Assembly: GCA_963824385.1 (NCBI GenBank)
Contig: CAWGPD010000003.1
Coordinates: 64,001 to 128,000, forward strand
Source: an uncultured Nitrososphaerota archaeon
GTDB taxonomy: Archaea; Thermoproteota; Nitrososphaeria; Nitrososphaerales; Nitrosopumilaceae
Length of the DNA: 64,000 nucleotides
Reading direction: 5' to 3'
Of this stretch, positions 1 to 10,516 are shown piece after piece (position 1 is the first letter of the stretch; every line of letters begins with the position of its first letter). The notes under the pieces are model-generated. The model did no database searches. It saw only the letters and a list, made by a program, of their open reading frames with translations, and was not told where the DNA came from. Position numbers and translations under genes: made by a program.

Positions 1-1
1 T

Positions 2-1333
2 GCATCTCCATTTGCAATCATAATTTATGTAATATCTACAGTACTTGTATTATTTTCAAAACCTTACATGGTTTCAAGAATTACTACCATGTTTGAAGAA
101 CGAATGAGTTCTGAAAAACATTTGGTGGGAGGCGGTACCGAAGTCATAGAATCTTCCTCTCTGAAAGAACATCTGAATCATCAGATTGGAGCATACTATG
201 CACTCTTTCTTGTCATGGCCATGGGAATGCTTGGAACTATCCTTGCAACTAATCTAATAGAATTTTATGTCTTCTTTGAGCTGATGTTAATTCCTGCATT
301 CTTCATGTTGGCAATATGGGGATATGAAGGAAGAAGAAGAGTAGCACTACTGTTCCTTTTCTGGACTCATGTAGGAGCTGTAATTCTTTTACTTGGTTTT
401 CTTTCAATTGGTCTAAGTGTTGGAAGCTTCAACTATGCTGATATCAAATCACATGGCATACCGCCACATGTTTTAGGTCTTGCAGCTGTTGCTATAATTG
501 TAGGTCTTTCAGTAAAAATGGCAGCATTTGTAGTACACATGTGGCTTCCGCATGTTTATCGAGCTTCACCAACACCGCTCAATGCATTATCTTCTGGAGC
601 AATGCTTGGAGTTGGTGCATATGGATTCTTTAGATTAATAGTAATGTTGATGCCTGGTCAATACGAACATCTTGCACTAGCCCTAAACATTTGGGGCTTG
701 GCAACAATGATCTACGGTGGAGCAATGGCACTAGTGCAAGACGACATCAGAAAGCTGTTTGCTTATTCTAGTATTAGTCAAATGGGTTACATTATGTTTG
801 GAATTGGAACTGTTTCCGTACTCGGACTCTCTGGTTCTGAAATGATGTTTGTTTCTCATAGTTTAGGTAAAGTAATTTTATTCATGATGGTTGGTGCAAT
901 AATTTTGCAAGTCAAAACTCGTAGCCTCACAAAGATGGGAGGTCTTGCAGGAAAAATGCCAATAACAGCAGTTTGTGCAATGATTGGAGCACTTACTCTA
1001 ATGGGAGTTCCCCCAACCAGTGGATTCATGGCAGAATGGACCATGTTCTATGGTGCACTTCAAACTGCTATCCAACAAGGCTCTATGATTAGGATGGTTA
1101 CATTTGGTTTAGGTTTGGTTGCAACTGTTATCACAATGGCATACATACTATGGATGATAAAACGAGTTTTCTTTGGAAAACTTCCAGAAAATCTAGAGAA
1201 TACCAAAGAAGCAAACTGGTATGTTACAGGCCCAATGATGGTCCTAGCAGGATTTAGTGTCGTTATCGGAATATATCCTGACATATTCTTTAATCAAATA
1301 ATTCCTTTCATGAAAGGATTGGTGGGAGTTTAG
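2..1333 (+). CDS. nuoM: Complex I subunit M (5' end runs off the window)
   Basis: Antiporter-like membrane subunit (FYVFFELMLIP, HMWLP, AYSSISQMG); frame open from position 2. Confidence 0.92.
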   Translation, partial: ASPFAIIIYVISTVLVLFSKPYMVSRITTMFEERMSSEKHLVGGGTEVIESSSLKEHLNHQIGAYYALFLVMAMGMLGTILATNLIEFYVFFELMLIPAFFMLAIWGYEGRRRVALLFLFWTHVGAVILLLGFLSIGLSVGSFNYADIKSHGIPPHVLGLAAVAIIVGLSVKMAAFVVHMWLPHVYRASPTPLNALSSGAMLGVGAYGFFRLIVMLMPGQYEHLALALNIWGLATMIYGGAMALVQDDIRKLFAYSSISQMGYIMFGIGTVSVLGLSGSEMMFVSHSLGKVILFMMVGAIILQVKTRSLTKMGGLAGKMPITAVCAMIGALTLMGVPPTSGFMAEWTMFYGALQTAIQQGSMIRMVTFGLGLVATVITMAYILWMIKRVFFGKLPENLENTKEANWYVTGPMMVLAGFSVVIGIYPDIFFNQIIPFMKGLVGV

Positions 1334-1336
1334 ATA

Positions 1337-3421
1337 ATGGCTATTTTACCTTTTGATTTTGGTATTGGATTAGGAGCATTACGTGTATGGGGTATCTGGA
1401 TATTGCCATTTGTTGCAGCTGTGATAATTCCAGCTATTGCAAAAGGATCAAAGCGTGCAACAGGGTGGGTGGCAGTAGCATTTGCTCTGGCAAGTGCAGT
1501 TTCAGCTCTATCTCTTCTTCCAGCAGCTCTTGGTAATCACGAAATTCACAACCAAATTCCTTGGATATCATCAATTGGACTCAAGGCAGGAGTACTTGCA
1601 GATCCTCTTGCTGTCATGATGAGTAATGTTGTTGCATGGATTTCATTTTTGATCTTTGTCTATAGTACCGGTTACATGAAAGGGGACAAAGACCTAACTA
1701 GATTCTTCTTCTGGATGGCATTCTTCTTGGGATCCATGCAGCTTATTGTTTTATCTGATAATTTCTTGCAACTTTTCTTTGGATGGGAAGGAGTAGGTCT
1801 GGCATCATATGCATTGGTAGGATTTTGGTATAAAGACAAGAAGAAAGATTATGTTGGAACCGAAGGCCGACATGTACTTGGCTTGATGGATTACTACTCT
1901 CCTACTCATTCAGGAATAAAGGCATTCATCATGACAAAAGTTGGTGATGTTATGATGCTAGCAGGAATGTTTCTAATCTTTGCGTTTGCAGGTACTTTTG
2001 GATTTAGAGAACTAACTGCAAATACAAGTTGGGCCACTGCCATGGCTTCACAACACTTGCTTATTCCAGCTGCAGTTTTGTTATTTGGTGGTGCGATAGG
2101 AAAGTCTGCACAATTTCCATTAAATGAGTGGTTACTTGAGGCAATGACTGGACCTACAGCAGTATCAGCATTAATTCATGCTGCTACAATGGTAAAGGCT
2201 GGTGTGTTCTTAGTAGCTAGACTCACTCCTCTATTCTTTGCATTAGCGGCAATTGGAATTAACATGGATCAATTCTTTGAAGTGATTGCATGGGTTGGAG
2301 CAATAACTGCACTTCTTCTAGCTACTCAAGGAATGGTACATCCTGAGATCAAGAAAGTTCTTGCATATTCTACTGGTTCACAGATAGGCTATATGATGAT
2401 GGCACTTGGTGTTGCTGGTCTTTCAAGACAATTCGTTGATGGTTATACTGCAGGATTTTTCCATTTGATTTCACATGCTATGTTCAAGGCATCATTATTC
2501 ATGGCCGCGGGTTCTATACTCCATGTCGTAGGTTCTAGATTCATGACTGATATGGGTGGTCTTAGAAAATACATGAAAAAGACTTATGTTTTCATGTGGG
2601 CAGCCGGTCTTGGATTAATGGGTGCTCCGTTTATCACTACTGGTTTCTGGAGTAAGGATGCTATCTTTGGAGCAATTTATCAATCTGGTAATACTTGGGC
2701 TCTACCACTATTTTCAATAGCAGTTATTACTGCAGTAATTACCGCGTTCTATACAACTAGAATGATAGGACTGGTCTTCTTTGGTAATAAGAGTAAACAT
2801 ATTGAAGAAATGGAAAAAGAGGGACACCATATTCATGAAGCAAGTCCTTCAATGTGGGTTCCATATGGAATTCTTGCAGTGTTAACAATTGGAGTAGGTG
2901 TAATGGGTCTTGCATTTGAGCACCAAATTCATGATCTCTTTGTCAATTACTTGAGTTCTACATTTGGAATACAATCTAATGTAGGAGCAGTTGCAACAGA
3001 ATCTCAACCATTACTTGGTGGATTCCTAGAAGGTGTTAACCCTGTAGCCCTTATAGCATCACTATCTGCATTTGCCATTGGATTTGGACTAGGATATGTT
3101 TTCTATATTGGAAGATTTGCCGATCCTGTAAAATTTGTAAATTCAAACATATTCTTTTACGCTGTTCACAAATTCTTCTTAAACAGATGGTACCTTAACG
3201 CATTGATTTATTGGGCATTTGTAGTAGCTCCATTATACATTGCTAGAGGTGTTTACAAGTACTTTGAGAATTTTGTATTGGAAGGATTCAACGTGGTCCC
3301 AGAAAAAACTATGGCTGGCGGTGCAAGAATAATGCAAGCAACACAAACAGGAGTTTCACAATCATATCTTTACATTTTTGGAGTAGGTATACTCGTAGTA
3401 GTATTCCTATTGTTAATTTAG
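1337..3421 (+). CDS. nuoL: Complex I subunit L
   Basis: FFGWEGVGLASY, GKSAQFPL, SALIHAATMVKAG motifs. Confidence 0.95.
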   Translation: MAILPFDFGIGLGALRVWGIWILPFVAAVIIPAIAKGSKRATGWVAVAFALASAVSALSLLPAALGNHEIHNQIPWISSIGLKAGVLADPLAVMMSNVVAWISFLIFVYSTGYMKGDKDLTRFFFWMAFFLGSMQLIVLSDNFLQLFFGWEGVGLASYALVGFWYKDKKKDYVGTEGRHVLGLMDYYSPTHSGIKAFIMTKVGDVMMLAGMFLIFAFAGTFGFRELTANTSWATAMASQHLLIPAAVLLFGGAIGKSAQFPLNEWLLEAMTGPTAVSALIHAATMVKAGVFLVARLTPLFFALAAIGINMDQFFEVIAWVGAITALLLATQGMVHPEIKKVLAYSTGSQIGYMMMALGVAGLSRQFVDGYTAGFFHLISHAMFKASLFMAAGSILHVVGSRFMTDMGGLRKYMKKTYVFMWAAGLGLMGAPFITTGFWSKDAIFGAIYQSGNTWALPLFSIAVITAVITAFYTTRMIGLVFFGNKSKHIEEMEKEGHHIHEASPSMWVPYGILAVLTIGVGVMGLAFEHQIHDLFVNYLSSTFGIQSNVGAVATESQPLLGGFLEGVNPVALIASLSAFAIGFGLGYVFYIGRFADPVKFVNSNIFFYAVHKFFLNRWYLNALIYWAFVVAPLYIARGVYKYFENFVLEGFNVVPEKTMAGGARIMQATQTGVSQSYLYIFGVGILVVVFLLLI

Positions 3422-3431
3422 GAGATAAAAA

Positions 3432-4919
3432 ATGATAGAATTTACATCAACACCAATTTTGTTAACTCTGATACTTGGAGCAGTTGGAGTAATAATTCCA
3501 GTAATTAATGCAGCAAGAAAAGAGAAAGGTTCCTCACTTTATGGAGTTATAACTTTTGGAGCCCTGTTATCTGCTATTGGAGTTGTAATCTATCAAATAC
3601 TTGCCAAGAACGTTACACCATCTGCAATATTTTCACAGAATGTTCTTGTTGATGACAGATTTGGATCATTCTTTGCAATAGCAATGCTGATTGTTGGAAT
3701 TATGACAACAGTTGGCTCATTTAACTACATGAGAGGAAGAGCAAACCCTGCTGTATACTATTCACTAATTCTACTTTCATCAATTGGAATGATACTGATT
3801 GCATACTCTACTGATCTAGTAATGTTATTTGTAGCATGGGAACTCATGAGCATTCCAACATATGTCTTGGCAGGATATCTCAAAAAGGATCCTTCATCAA
3901 ATGAAGCTGCAATCAAGTACTTTTTGTTTGGAGCTTTATCATCTGGTATCATAATTTATGGAATCTCAATTGCATATGGTCTAACAGGTTCTACCAATAT
4001 AGAACAAGTAATAGCTGGATTTTCAAAACTCAGTCCTGACATGATGCCACTTGGAATTTTAGCAGTAGGTATGTTCATAGCTGGATTTGGATTCAAAATT
4101 GGTCTAGTTCCATTCCACATGTGGTTACCTGACGCATACGAAGGTGCTCCACCTACAATTGCCGCATTACTTGCTGCTGGTACAAAGAAAGCTGGCTTTG
4201 CAGCAGTGTTAAGGGTAGTAATTATGGGCGCAATAGCACTAAATCTTCACTGGGCATTTGCACTTGCTATAATTGCTATTGTAACTATGACAGTAGGAAA
4301 TTTGGCTGCAATAAAACAGAGAAATCTCACAAGAATGCTTGCCTATTCCAGTATTGGTCAAGCCGGATATATTTTGATTGGTCTTAGTGTGGCACCAGTT
4401 TCACCAATTGGAATTCAAGCTGCATTATTCCATATCATGAATCACTCCGTAATGAAGGCCGCTGCATTCATTGCTGTTGCAGGGATAGTAACAACTCTTG
4501 GCGTAACTCACATTGAGAAAATTAAAGGTCTTGGCAAAAGAATGCCTATTACTGCACTTGGTCTTACGATATCATTACTAGCATTAGCTGGCGTACCTCC
4601 TCTTAATGGATTTTGGAGTAAACTGATGTTATTTGGATCAGCAATAGATGCAGGTCGCACTTTATCATGGGCCCCATATTTGGCCGTGGCAGGAGTTCTT
4701 AACAGTGCGCTTTCACTTGCTTACTATGGTTGGATAATAAGAAAAATGTATTTCGAAGAGGGAGAATCAAACAAGAGACTAAAAGAACCAAAATCCATAA
4801 TAGCAGTTATGATATTCTCAATTATATTTATGGTAGGAATTGGAGTATATCCAGATCCACTTATACAATTTGCAAAATCAGCTGTTCCTATTCTAAGCGG
4901 ATTGCCAGCTATACACTAA
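3432..4919 (+). CDS. nuoN: Complex I subunit N
   Basis: EAAIKYF, FKIGLVPFHMWLPDAYEGAP, RMLAYSSI. Confidence 0.95.
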   Translation: MIEFTSTPILLTLILGAVGVIIPVINAARKEKGSSLYGVITFGALLSAIGVVIYQILAKNVTPSAIFSQNVLVDDRFGSFFAIAMLIVGIMTTVGSFNYMRGRANPAVYYSLILLSSIGMILIAYSTDLVMLFVAWELMSIPTYVLAGYLKKDPSSNEAAIKYFLFGALSSGIIIYGISIAYGLTGSTNIEQVIAGFSKLSPDMMPLGILAVGMFIAGFGFKIGLVPFHMWLPDAYEGAPPTIAALLAAGTKKAGFAAVLRVVIMGAIALNLHWAFALAIIAIVTMTVGNLAAIKQRNLTRMLAYSSIGQAGYILIGLSVAPVSPIGIQAALFHIMNHSVMKAAAFIAVAGIVTTLGVTHIEKIKGLGKRMPITALGLTISLLALAGVPPLNGFWSKLMLFGSAIDAGRTLSWAPYLAVAGVLNSALSLAYYGWIIRKMYFEEGESNKRLKEPKSIIAVMIFSIIFMVGIGVYPDPLIQFAKSAVPILSGLPAIH

Positions 4920-5760
4920 GCATAGTCAAGTCTAGAAGACTTTCCAACCTCATTCTTGCAGGACCGTCGTTAATTTTTCTTAATGCTAACTTTGCTTTAC
5001 TGGAATAATTCTTTAGCATTTCATCCATACGGTCAAATACGATTCGTGGATCAGAACTTTTCTTTATCAGTATATTAAATAATTTATCTTCGTTATTCCA
5101 ATCTTGTAAATCATCTCTAATCTGATATGCGATTCCCATATTCTTACCATATTCTGCAAATGCCATGATTTGTTCTTCATTACCTCCACCTAATATGGCT
5201 CCAATCTTTGCAGCTGCTTCAAATGCAGTAGCAGTTTTGTATTCCATGACCTTTACGTAATCATCAAAAGTAACATCATCACTGGTCTCTAGTCTAGTTT
5301 CAAGCATTTCTCCCTCACTCATCATCATTGCAGTAATTGCAAGCTCTCTTGCCATTCTTGCATTATCTAGACGAGATGATATGTTCAAAATCAAACCAAG
5401 AACAAAATCGCCAGTAATTATGCTTGTATTGTATCCATATTTTATGTGAAAAGGATCCTTTCTCCTTCTTAGAATTTCATTATCAATAATGTCATCATGA
5501 ATCACGGATTCTGTATGTAAAAATTCCACGGCACATGATGCAGTATATGCATTTTCATCACATTTTCCAATGCTTTCTGCTGCTAGGATGAGAATCAAAG
5601 GTCTTATCCTCTTTCCTCCTTCCAAAGCATACTGTAATGGTTCGAAGAATTCTGAGGCAGAATACAGTTCTAATTCATGCTTAATTGCATTATTGACTTT
5701 ACCGATGTATATTTCAAAGTCTTTTATGAGTGGATTTATCTCGAAATTCTTTCTATCCAA
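4909..5760 (-). CDS. Polyprenyl (GGPP) diphosphate synthase
   Basis: GGKRIRP, HDDIID, KTA, QIRDD motifs. Confidence 0.9.
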   Translation of the reverse strand: MDRKNFEINPLIKDFEIYIGKVNNAIKHELELYSASEFFEPLQYALEGGKRIRPLILILAAESIGKCDENAYTASCAVEFLHTESVIHDDIIDNEILRRRKDPFHIKYGYNTSIITGDFVLGLILNISSRLDNARMARELAITAMMMSEGEMLETRLETSDDVTFDDYVKVMEYKTATAFEAAAKIGAILGGGNEEQIMAFAEYGKNMGIAYQIRDDLQDWNNEDKLFNILIKKSSDPRIVFDRMDEMLKNYSSKAKLALRKINDGPARMRLESLLDLTMLSV

Positions 5761-5812
5761 GAATTACACTAGCAATCGTAAATCACGGTTAGGATATTAA
5801 TGCTTTTGAGAG

Positions 5813-5906
5813 TGGTGCTCCAGCCGGGATTTTCATCATTAAGAATTTGAACCCGGGTCGGAGGATTGAAAGTCCCCCATGCTTGACCGGTCTACACCAC
5901 TGGAGC
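5813..5906 (-). tRNA. tRNA-Glu(TTC) with ~16-nt non-canonical T-loop intron; CCA encoded
   Basis: Reverse complement GCTCCAG...GGGGA-CTTTCAA-TCCTC...CCGGG-[23-nt loop]-CCCGG-CTGGAGC-ACCA. Confidence 0.9.
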
Positions 5907-5990
5907 CCAAATTGCATCCTAATTGTTATCCATAAAATCCTTTTGCAGCCATTCAAAAGATTTTTTTATTACCCGAATTTGATAATAGCT

Positions 5991-6628
5991 ATGAGTTCTA
6001 TTATTCAGAGAATTGACAAGATAATTGATGAACAGAGTTTGTTAAAGCACAAATTCTATGTCATGTGGAATGAAGGCAAATTATCAATGGAATCTCTTAG
6101 TGGCTATTCAAAGGAATACTTTCAATTAGTAAAAGCAGTTCCCTCATTTGTAGACAACGTTCTGGTGAAAAGCCCATCTGAAATTCAGAGTAAAATTGCT
6201 TCAAATAGAGATGAAGAATCTGAGCACATAGAACCATGGGTAAAATTTTCTAGTGCACTAGGCATATCACAAAATGAACTAAGAAATTATGCCGGTCTTG
6301 ATAAAACAAAACAAGCTATTTCAAATCTTTCATGTCTTATGAATTCCTTTGAGGGTGGAGCTGCCGCAATGTATGCTTTAGAGCAGGAAATTCCAAAAAT
6401 TAGTTTATCAAAGATAGATGGATTGAGAAAATTCTATGGTTTGTCAGAAGATGATGCAATAGAATATTTCAGACTTCACGCAGAAGCTGACATAAGACAC
6501 GCACTCTTTGGCGAAAAATCTTGGAAAAAACTTCTGCATCACAAGAGGATGATTTAGTAGAAACAGCCAACAAATCCTTAGCAGCTCAAAATCTATTGCT
6601 TGATAGCTGCTATGATGCATACTGTTAA
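5991..6628 (+). CDS. PqqC/TenA/CADD-like heme-oxygenase-fold protein (1-nt frameshift near 6505)
   Basis: HKFY..W..G.L, DEESEHIEPW, EYFRLHAEADIRH; the C-terminus LWRKIL...CYDAYC* continues in another frame. Confidence 0.8.
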
Positions 6629-6670
6629 CTCTATACTATTTTATAGCGCATCTCAATTTGCTCTTTCGTA

Positions 6671-6744
6671 GGGCCCATAACTCAGCTTGGTAGAGTAACC
6701 GGCTCATAACCGGTGAGCCAAGGGATCGAAGCCCTTTGGGCCCA
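6671..6744 (+). tRNA. tRNA with CAT anticodon, probably tRNA-Ile2 (agmatidine type)
   Basis: GGGCCCA acceptor stem; ACCGG-CTCATAA-CCGGT anticodon arm; a GGGCCC start is typical of archaeal Ile tRNAs. Confidence 0.85.
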
Positions 6745-6899
6745 CTATTTAGTTCCTTTTGTTGTTACACTGTATAGATTATGACCCTTTTTCTTCATTA
6801 GTAAAATGTTAATCTAGAATTAACAACCGATAACCATGATTTTTTAAATTTTCATTTTGATATACTAATTTTAAAATAAGCAGTAAATTATCTTCATTT

Positions 6900-6963
6900 G
6901 GCCGCAATGAAGAATCAGAGTTATAACTGAACTGATGATGTTAAGGCATTTGTCTGAGCTGCC
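6900..6963 (+). ncRNA. Box C/D 2'-O-methylation guide sRNA (23S H69 and H71 region)
   Basis: C ATGAAGA 6907-13, D' CTGA 6927-30, C' TGATGA 6933-38, D CTGA 6954-57, terminal GGC.GC/GC.GCC stem, TATA-like element ~6869. Confidence 0.85.
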
Positions 6964-7042
6964 TCTATCTTAGAAAGAATTTGATAAATTTTATACAAGA
7001 AATGTTATAGAGTATATATAAAGTGCATATATATCCACGAAA

Positions 7043-7606
7043 ATGCCTCAAACAAAACCTATTGTTAGTATAGAAAATGTTGTGGCTTCAGCTTCTGTTG
7101 ATCAAAAAATTGATCTTAATATTATAACTCAAACATTTCCTGATGTTGAATATCATCCTGAACAATTTCCTGGTTTAGTGTTTAGAATAAAGTCTCCAAA
7201 AACTGCAACATTGATCTTCAGTTCTGGAAAAATGGTTTGTACTGGAGCAAAATCTGAAGAACAATCAATCGCTGCAGTACGAACTGTTGTTCAAAAATTA
7301 AGAAAAGGTGGAATTAAGATAAAAAAAGATGCTGTAATTACAATCCAGAATATGGTTGCCTCTGCTAATCTTGGTGGCAAGATACATTTGGAACAAGCTG
7401 CTCGGAGTCTTCCAAGAAGCATGTATGAACCAGAGCAATTTCCTGGTTTAATACACAGAATGATTGATCCTAAAACTGTAATACTACTATTTGCTTCTGG
7501 CAAACTTGTATGTACTGGTGCAAAAAAAGAATCAGATGTTTACAGATCAGTACATAATCTGCACACGCTTTTAGAAGAAAAAGAACTAATGATTTACAAT
7601 ATTTAA
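7043..7606 (+). CDS. tbp: TATA-box binding protein
   Basis: Two repeats of NxVAS...YxPEQFPGL...LIFxSGKxVCTGAK. Confidence 0.97.
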   Translation: MPQTKPIVSIENVVASASVDQKIDLNIITQTFPDVEYHPEQFPGLVFRIKSPKTATLIFSSGKMVCTGAKSEEQSIAAVRTVVQKLRKGGIKIKKDAVITIQNMVASANLGGKIHLEQAARSLPRSMYEPEQFPGLIHRMIDPKTVILLFASGKLVCTGAKKESDVYRSVHNLHTLLEEKELMIYNI

Positions 7607-7619
7607 TTTAGAAAATCTG

Positions 7620-8228
7620 TTAGATTGACTTCATCTGTTTTTTAATTCTATTCAAAGTTTGTTCATCAAGAATTTTCTCAGCATGCAAAGCATTGGAAAT
7701 TGCAAGTATGTCTGTAATCTCATACATCTTTACTTTCTCTTTTTCCAAGTTTTCCCTTGCCCCTTCAAGCCTATTGACTATGACAAATGCAGAATCCACC
7801 ATTATTTTGGCATCTTTTAAGGCTCTAATGGCATTAAGTAATGAATGACCCGTCGTTCCAACATCATCTACTAGAACTACTTTTGATCCCTCTAGTATCT
7901 TTCCCTCTATGAGACTACCGGTACCATAGTCCTTTGGTTTTTGCCTGATGTAAATTAGAGGCTTTACAGTTTCTATCGCTAATGCAGATGCTATTACAAG
8001 CCCTGACGTTGGAACTGACGCTATGTAATCAAAATTGTCTAAACCTATTTTCTCTGAAATCAAGTTTTGAAGAGATTTTATCATCTTTCTAAATTGATGT
8101 GGAAAACTTGGTACTAGTCTAAGATCTATATAATATGCGCTTTCTTTTCCACTAGAAAGCTTGAAATTTCCAAATTTGATTGCACCACTTTCTTGTAAAA
8201 ATATCGCAAATTCTTTGACAAAATCCAC
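7620..8228 (-). CDS. pyrE: Orotate phosphoribosyltransferase
   Basis: FGNFKLSSGKESAYYIDLR; VVLVDDVGTTG PRPP motif. Confidence 0.93.
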   Translation of the reverse strand: MDFVKEFAIFLQESGAIKFGNFKLSSGKESAYYIDLRLVPSFPHQFRKMIKSLQNLISEKIGLDNFDYIASVPTSGLVIASALAIETVKPLIYIRQKPKDYGTGSLIEGKILEGSKVVLVDDVGTTGHSLLNAIRALKDAKIMVDSAFVIVNRLEGARENLEKEKVKMYEITDILAISNALHAEKILDEQTLNRIKKQMKSI

Positions 8229-8277
8229 AGCAAAATTTACCGAACTAGATTTATTTTAACTGTCCCATCGGTATGGT

Positions 8278-9366
8278 ATGCCTGAAATTTGGCTCAGTTA
8301 TGGACCCACAGACGTAGTTCTTGATGTAAAGGCAGAGAATCTTGAAAAACAGATAATTCCAGGCGGTGTGAACTTGACTGATTCAGAGATTGTATCAAAA
8401 TTGGAATCTCTTGACATGTCAAAACCTACAGAATTTGTAATTATGGAACATTCTAAAAGTATTCAAAAAGTTATCTCAGTTTTGTTGGATATCTGTACAA
8501 AGAAATCTTTTCCAAAACCTAAATTCTTGGTAGATAAATCAAACTTACATTCTCTAAAAAATATCTTCTCTGATCCCACCATATCTATATCTGAATTTAA
8601 TGCATCTCAATTTTCTAATGTAAATCTAATTTTTATTGGTGAGATGGAATTTGATGGATTATTTGGATACAATAACATCTCTACTAAATTATTGCGAAGA
8701 TTTGGTAAAGACAACATGCTTGAAGCATATGAAAAAAGAGAAGGAAATCTTCCACTTCCTGGATATGAGTTAAAAACTATGGATGTTGCAAAAAAATTTA
8801 CTGATGGATTTGAAATATCTGCCATTGAGATAGTAGCAAATCAAACGGGGGTAGTTGACATCGCAACTGGCCATCCATCATCTACTTCTTTGCTCTCAAC
8901 ATCGCTATCATCCATTGCAATACATCAGACTGAAAAACACAGAGTGGCAATTGTCAGCACTGGCAAAGAGGCAAGCAATGAAACATTGAGCAGATCTATA
9001 TCTACCATCTGGAATTGCTCAAATGCTATAAGGGAAGAAGGATTGGTAATTCTTCTTGCAGAGTGTAAACACGGATTGGGTTCTGAGGCAATTCAGCAGT
9101 ATGTAGATGGCAGAATGAGTTTAGATCGATTAAAGAATCCTTCCAAGTACATAGACGGAATGGATGATCTTTTATTTCTAACAGAAATACATAAAAAATT
9201 TGGGATTGGCATTGTATCAATTCTTCCACATCTTTTCACAAAGGATAAACTTGGCATGATTCCATTTACTGGAGCAAAACAAGCCATTGATTATGTTCTT
9301 AAAACATATGGTGAACGACAAAAAGTTGTAATTGTTTCTGATGGTTCACATGTACTACTTAGGTAA
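8278..9366 (+). CDS. LarA/DUF2088-like domain protein (divergent)
   Basis: N-terminal I.LSYG; C-terminal G.VILLAECKHGLG and VVIVSDG resemble lactate-racemase-family segments. Confidence 0.55.
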   Translation: MPEIWLSYGPTDVVLDVKAENLEKQIIPGGVNLTDSEIVSKLESLDMSKPTEFVIMEHSKSIQKVISVLLDICTKKSFPKPKFLVDKSNLHSLKNIFSDPTISISEFNASQFSNVNLIFIGEMEFDGLFGYNNISTKLLRRFGKDNMLEAYEKREGNLPLPGYELKTMDVAKKFTDGFEISAIEIVANQTGVVDIATGHPSSTSLLSTSLSSIAIHQTEKHRVAIVSTGKEASNETLSRSISTIWNCSNAIREEGLVILLAECKHGLGSEAIQQYVDGRMSLDRLKNPSKYIDGMDDLLFLTEIHKKFGIGIVSILPHLFTKDKLGMIPFTGAKQAIDYVLKTYGERQKVVIVSDGSHVLLR

Positions 9367-10438
9367 AAATGGAAAATGGTAAAGGCGCACAAAGAAATGC
9401 AAGTGCAATAACTAATGCAAACATTCTTTTTCTTTTTTTAGATAATGGCGAAATGTCATCTAATGGTTTTACATCTTGACTTCTCATACTTAACACCAAA
9501 ACAAATAATGCCATTATGTAATATCCTGTAGAAGCTAGAATTCCTATACTTGCATATGTTAGAATTCTATGCCATTTCACACCAAAAGTTGCTCTAGCTA
9601 CGTGACCACCATCAAGTTGCCATGCTGGCAAAAGATTAAGAAATGTTATGAGAAATCCAAACCAAGCCGCTAACAAAACTGGTGACATTACAAGTTCTTG
9701 ATTGGGAACATGTTTTCCAACAAGAGAAATTGTTGCATCCATTAGAATGCTAGAATGTAATTCCATGAGACCAGATTTTTCTAAAAGTTCGTGGGCTTGT
9801 GAACTTGGTACCATTGGAGATATGTATGCCCCATATGTGGAAACAATTATTGCTACAATAAGGCCTGCTATAGGACCTGAGATCCCGATATCAAAAAGTA
9901 TGTTTCTATTTGCAATTAACCCACGAGACATTATGAGAGCTCCAAAAGTTGGGATGAATCCAAATACTGGAATTCCTGGGATGAAATAAGGCCAGCTGAT
10001 CTTGAGTTTGTGTATCTTTGATGCAATCATGTGACCAAGTTCATGAATCCCAAGTATTCCCATTAAGGAGATGGTGTACAGAACAGCAATGTATAGTGGG
10101 TCATCTCCTTTCACAATCAAGTTTGTACTGATGGCTCGATAGTAGCCATCAATCATTACAGTTACTATAGTTGCGGCAAACAGTGCTCTTGGGATCCAAA
10201 ATCGTCGTGACTTTGGAGGTATAAATCTAGAAATTAGTAAAAATGTTTTCCCAAAATTTGATTCTAATCTAACTATCATGTTCTTTGATTCCATTTTTTG
10301 AACTAGTTGAGGAAATTTCTTAGTTACATTATTTCCAGAAATCTCAATTTGTAGTATAGTTGGACTTTGATTAAATCCAACTATAGTAAAATATGAGGAA
10401 ACATCAGATAGGACTTCATCAAGAGTTGATATGTTCAG
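9359..10438 (-). CDS. Site-2 (M50) membrane metalloprotease
   Basis: HELGH and NLLPAWQLDGG motifs; frame is open upstream of the 10294 ATG to a CTG at 10438. Confidence 0.88.
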   Translation of the reverse strand: MNISTLDEVLSDVSSYFTIVGFNQSPTILQIEISGNNVTKKFPQLVQKMESKNMIVRLESNFGKTFLLISRFIPPKSRRFWIPRALFAATIVTVMIDGYYRAISTNLIVKGDDPLYIAVLYTISLMGILGIHELGHMIASKIHKLKISWPYFIPGIPVFGFIPTFGALIMSRGLIANRNILFDIGISGPIAGLIVAIIVSTYGAYISPMVPSSQAHELLEKSGLMELHSSILMDATISLVGKHVPNQELVMSPVLLAAWFGFLITFLNLLPAWQLDGGHVARATFGVKWHRILTYASIGILASTGYYIMALFVLVLSMRSQDVKPLDDISPLSKKRKRMFALVIALAFLCAPLPFSIFT

Positions 10439-10516
10439 ATATGCGCTCTTGGCTGGCTTTAATTATTTCCCTTATTTGCTTAAAGTTAAATAATTAATAA
10501 TTCCAGTATCATCAGG

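Noticed and set aside
5847..5990. N-terminal extension of the PqqC/CADD-like ORF
   Set aside because: Overlaps tRNA-Glu on the opposite strand; ATG 5991 is the plausible start.
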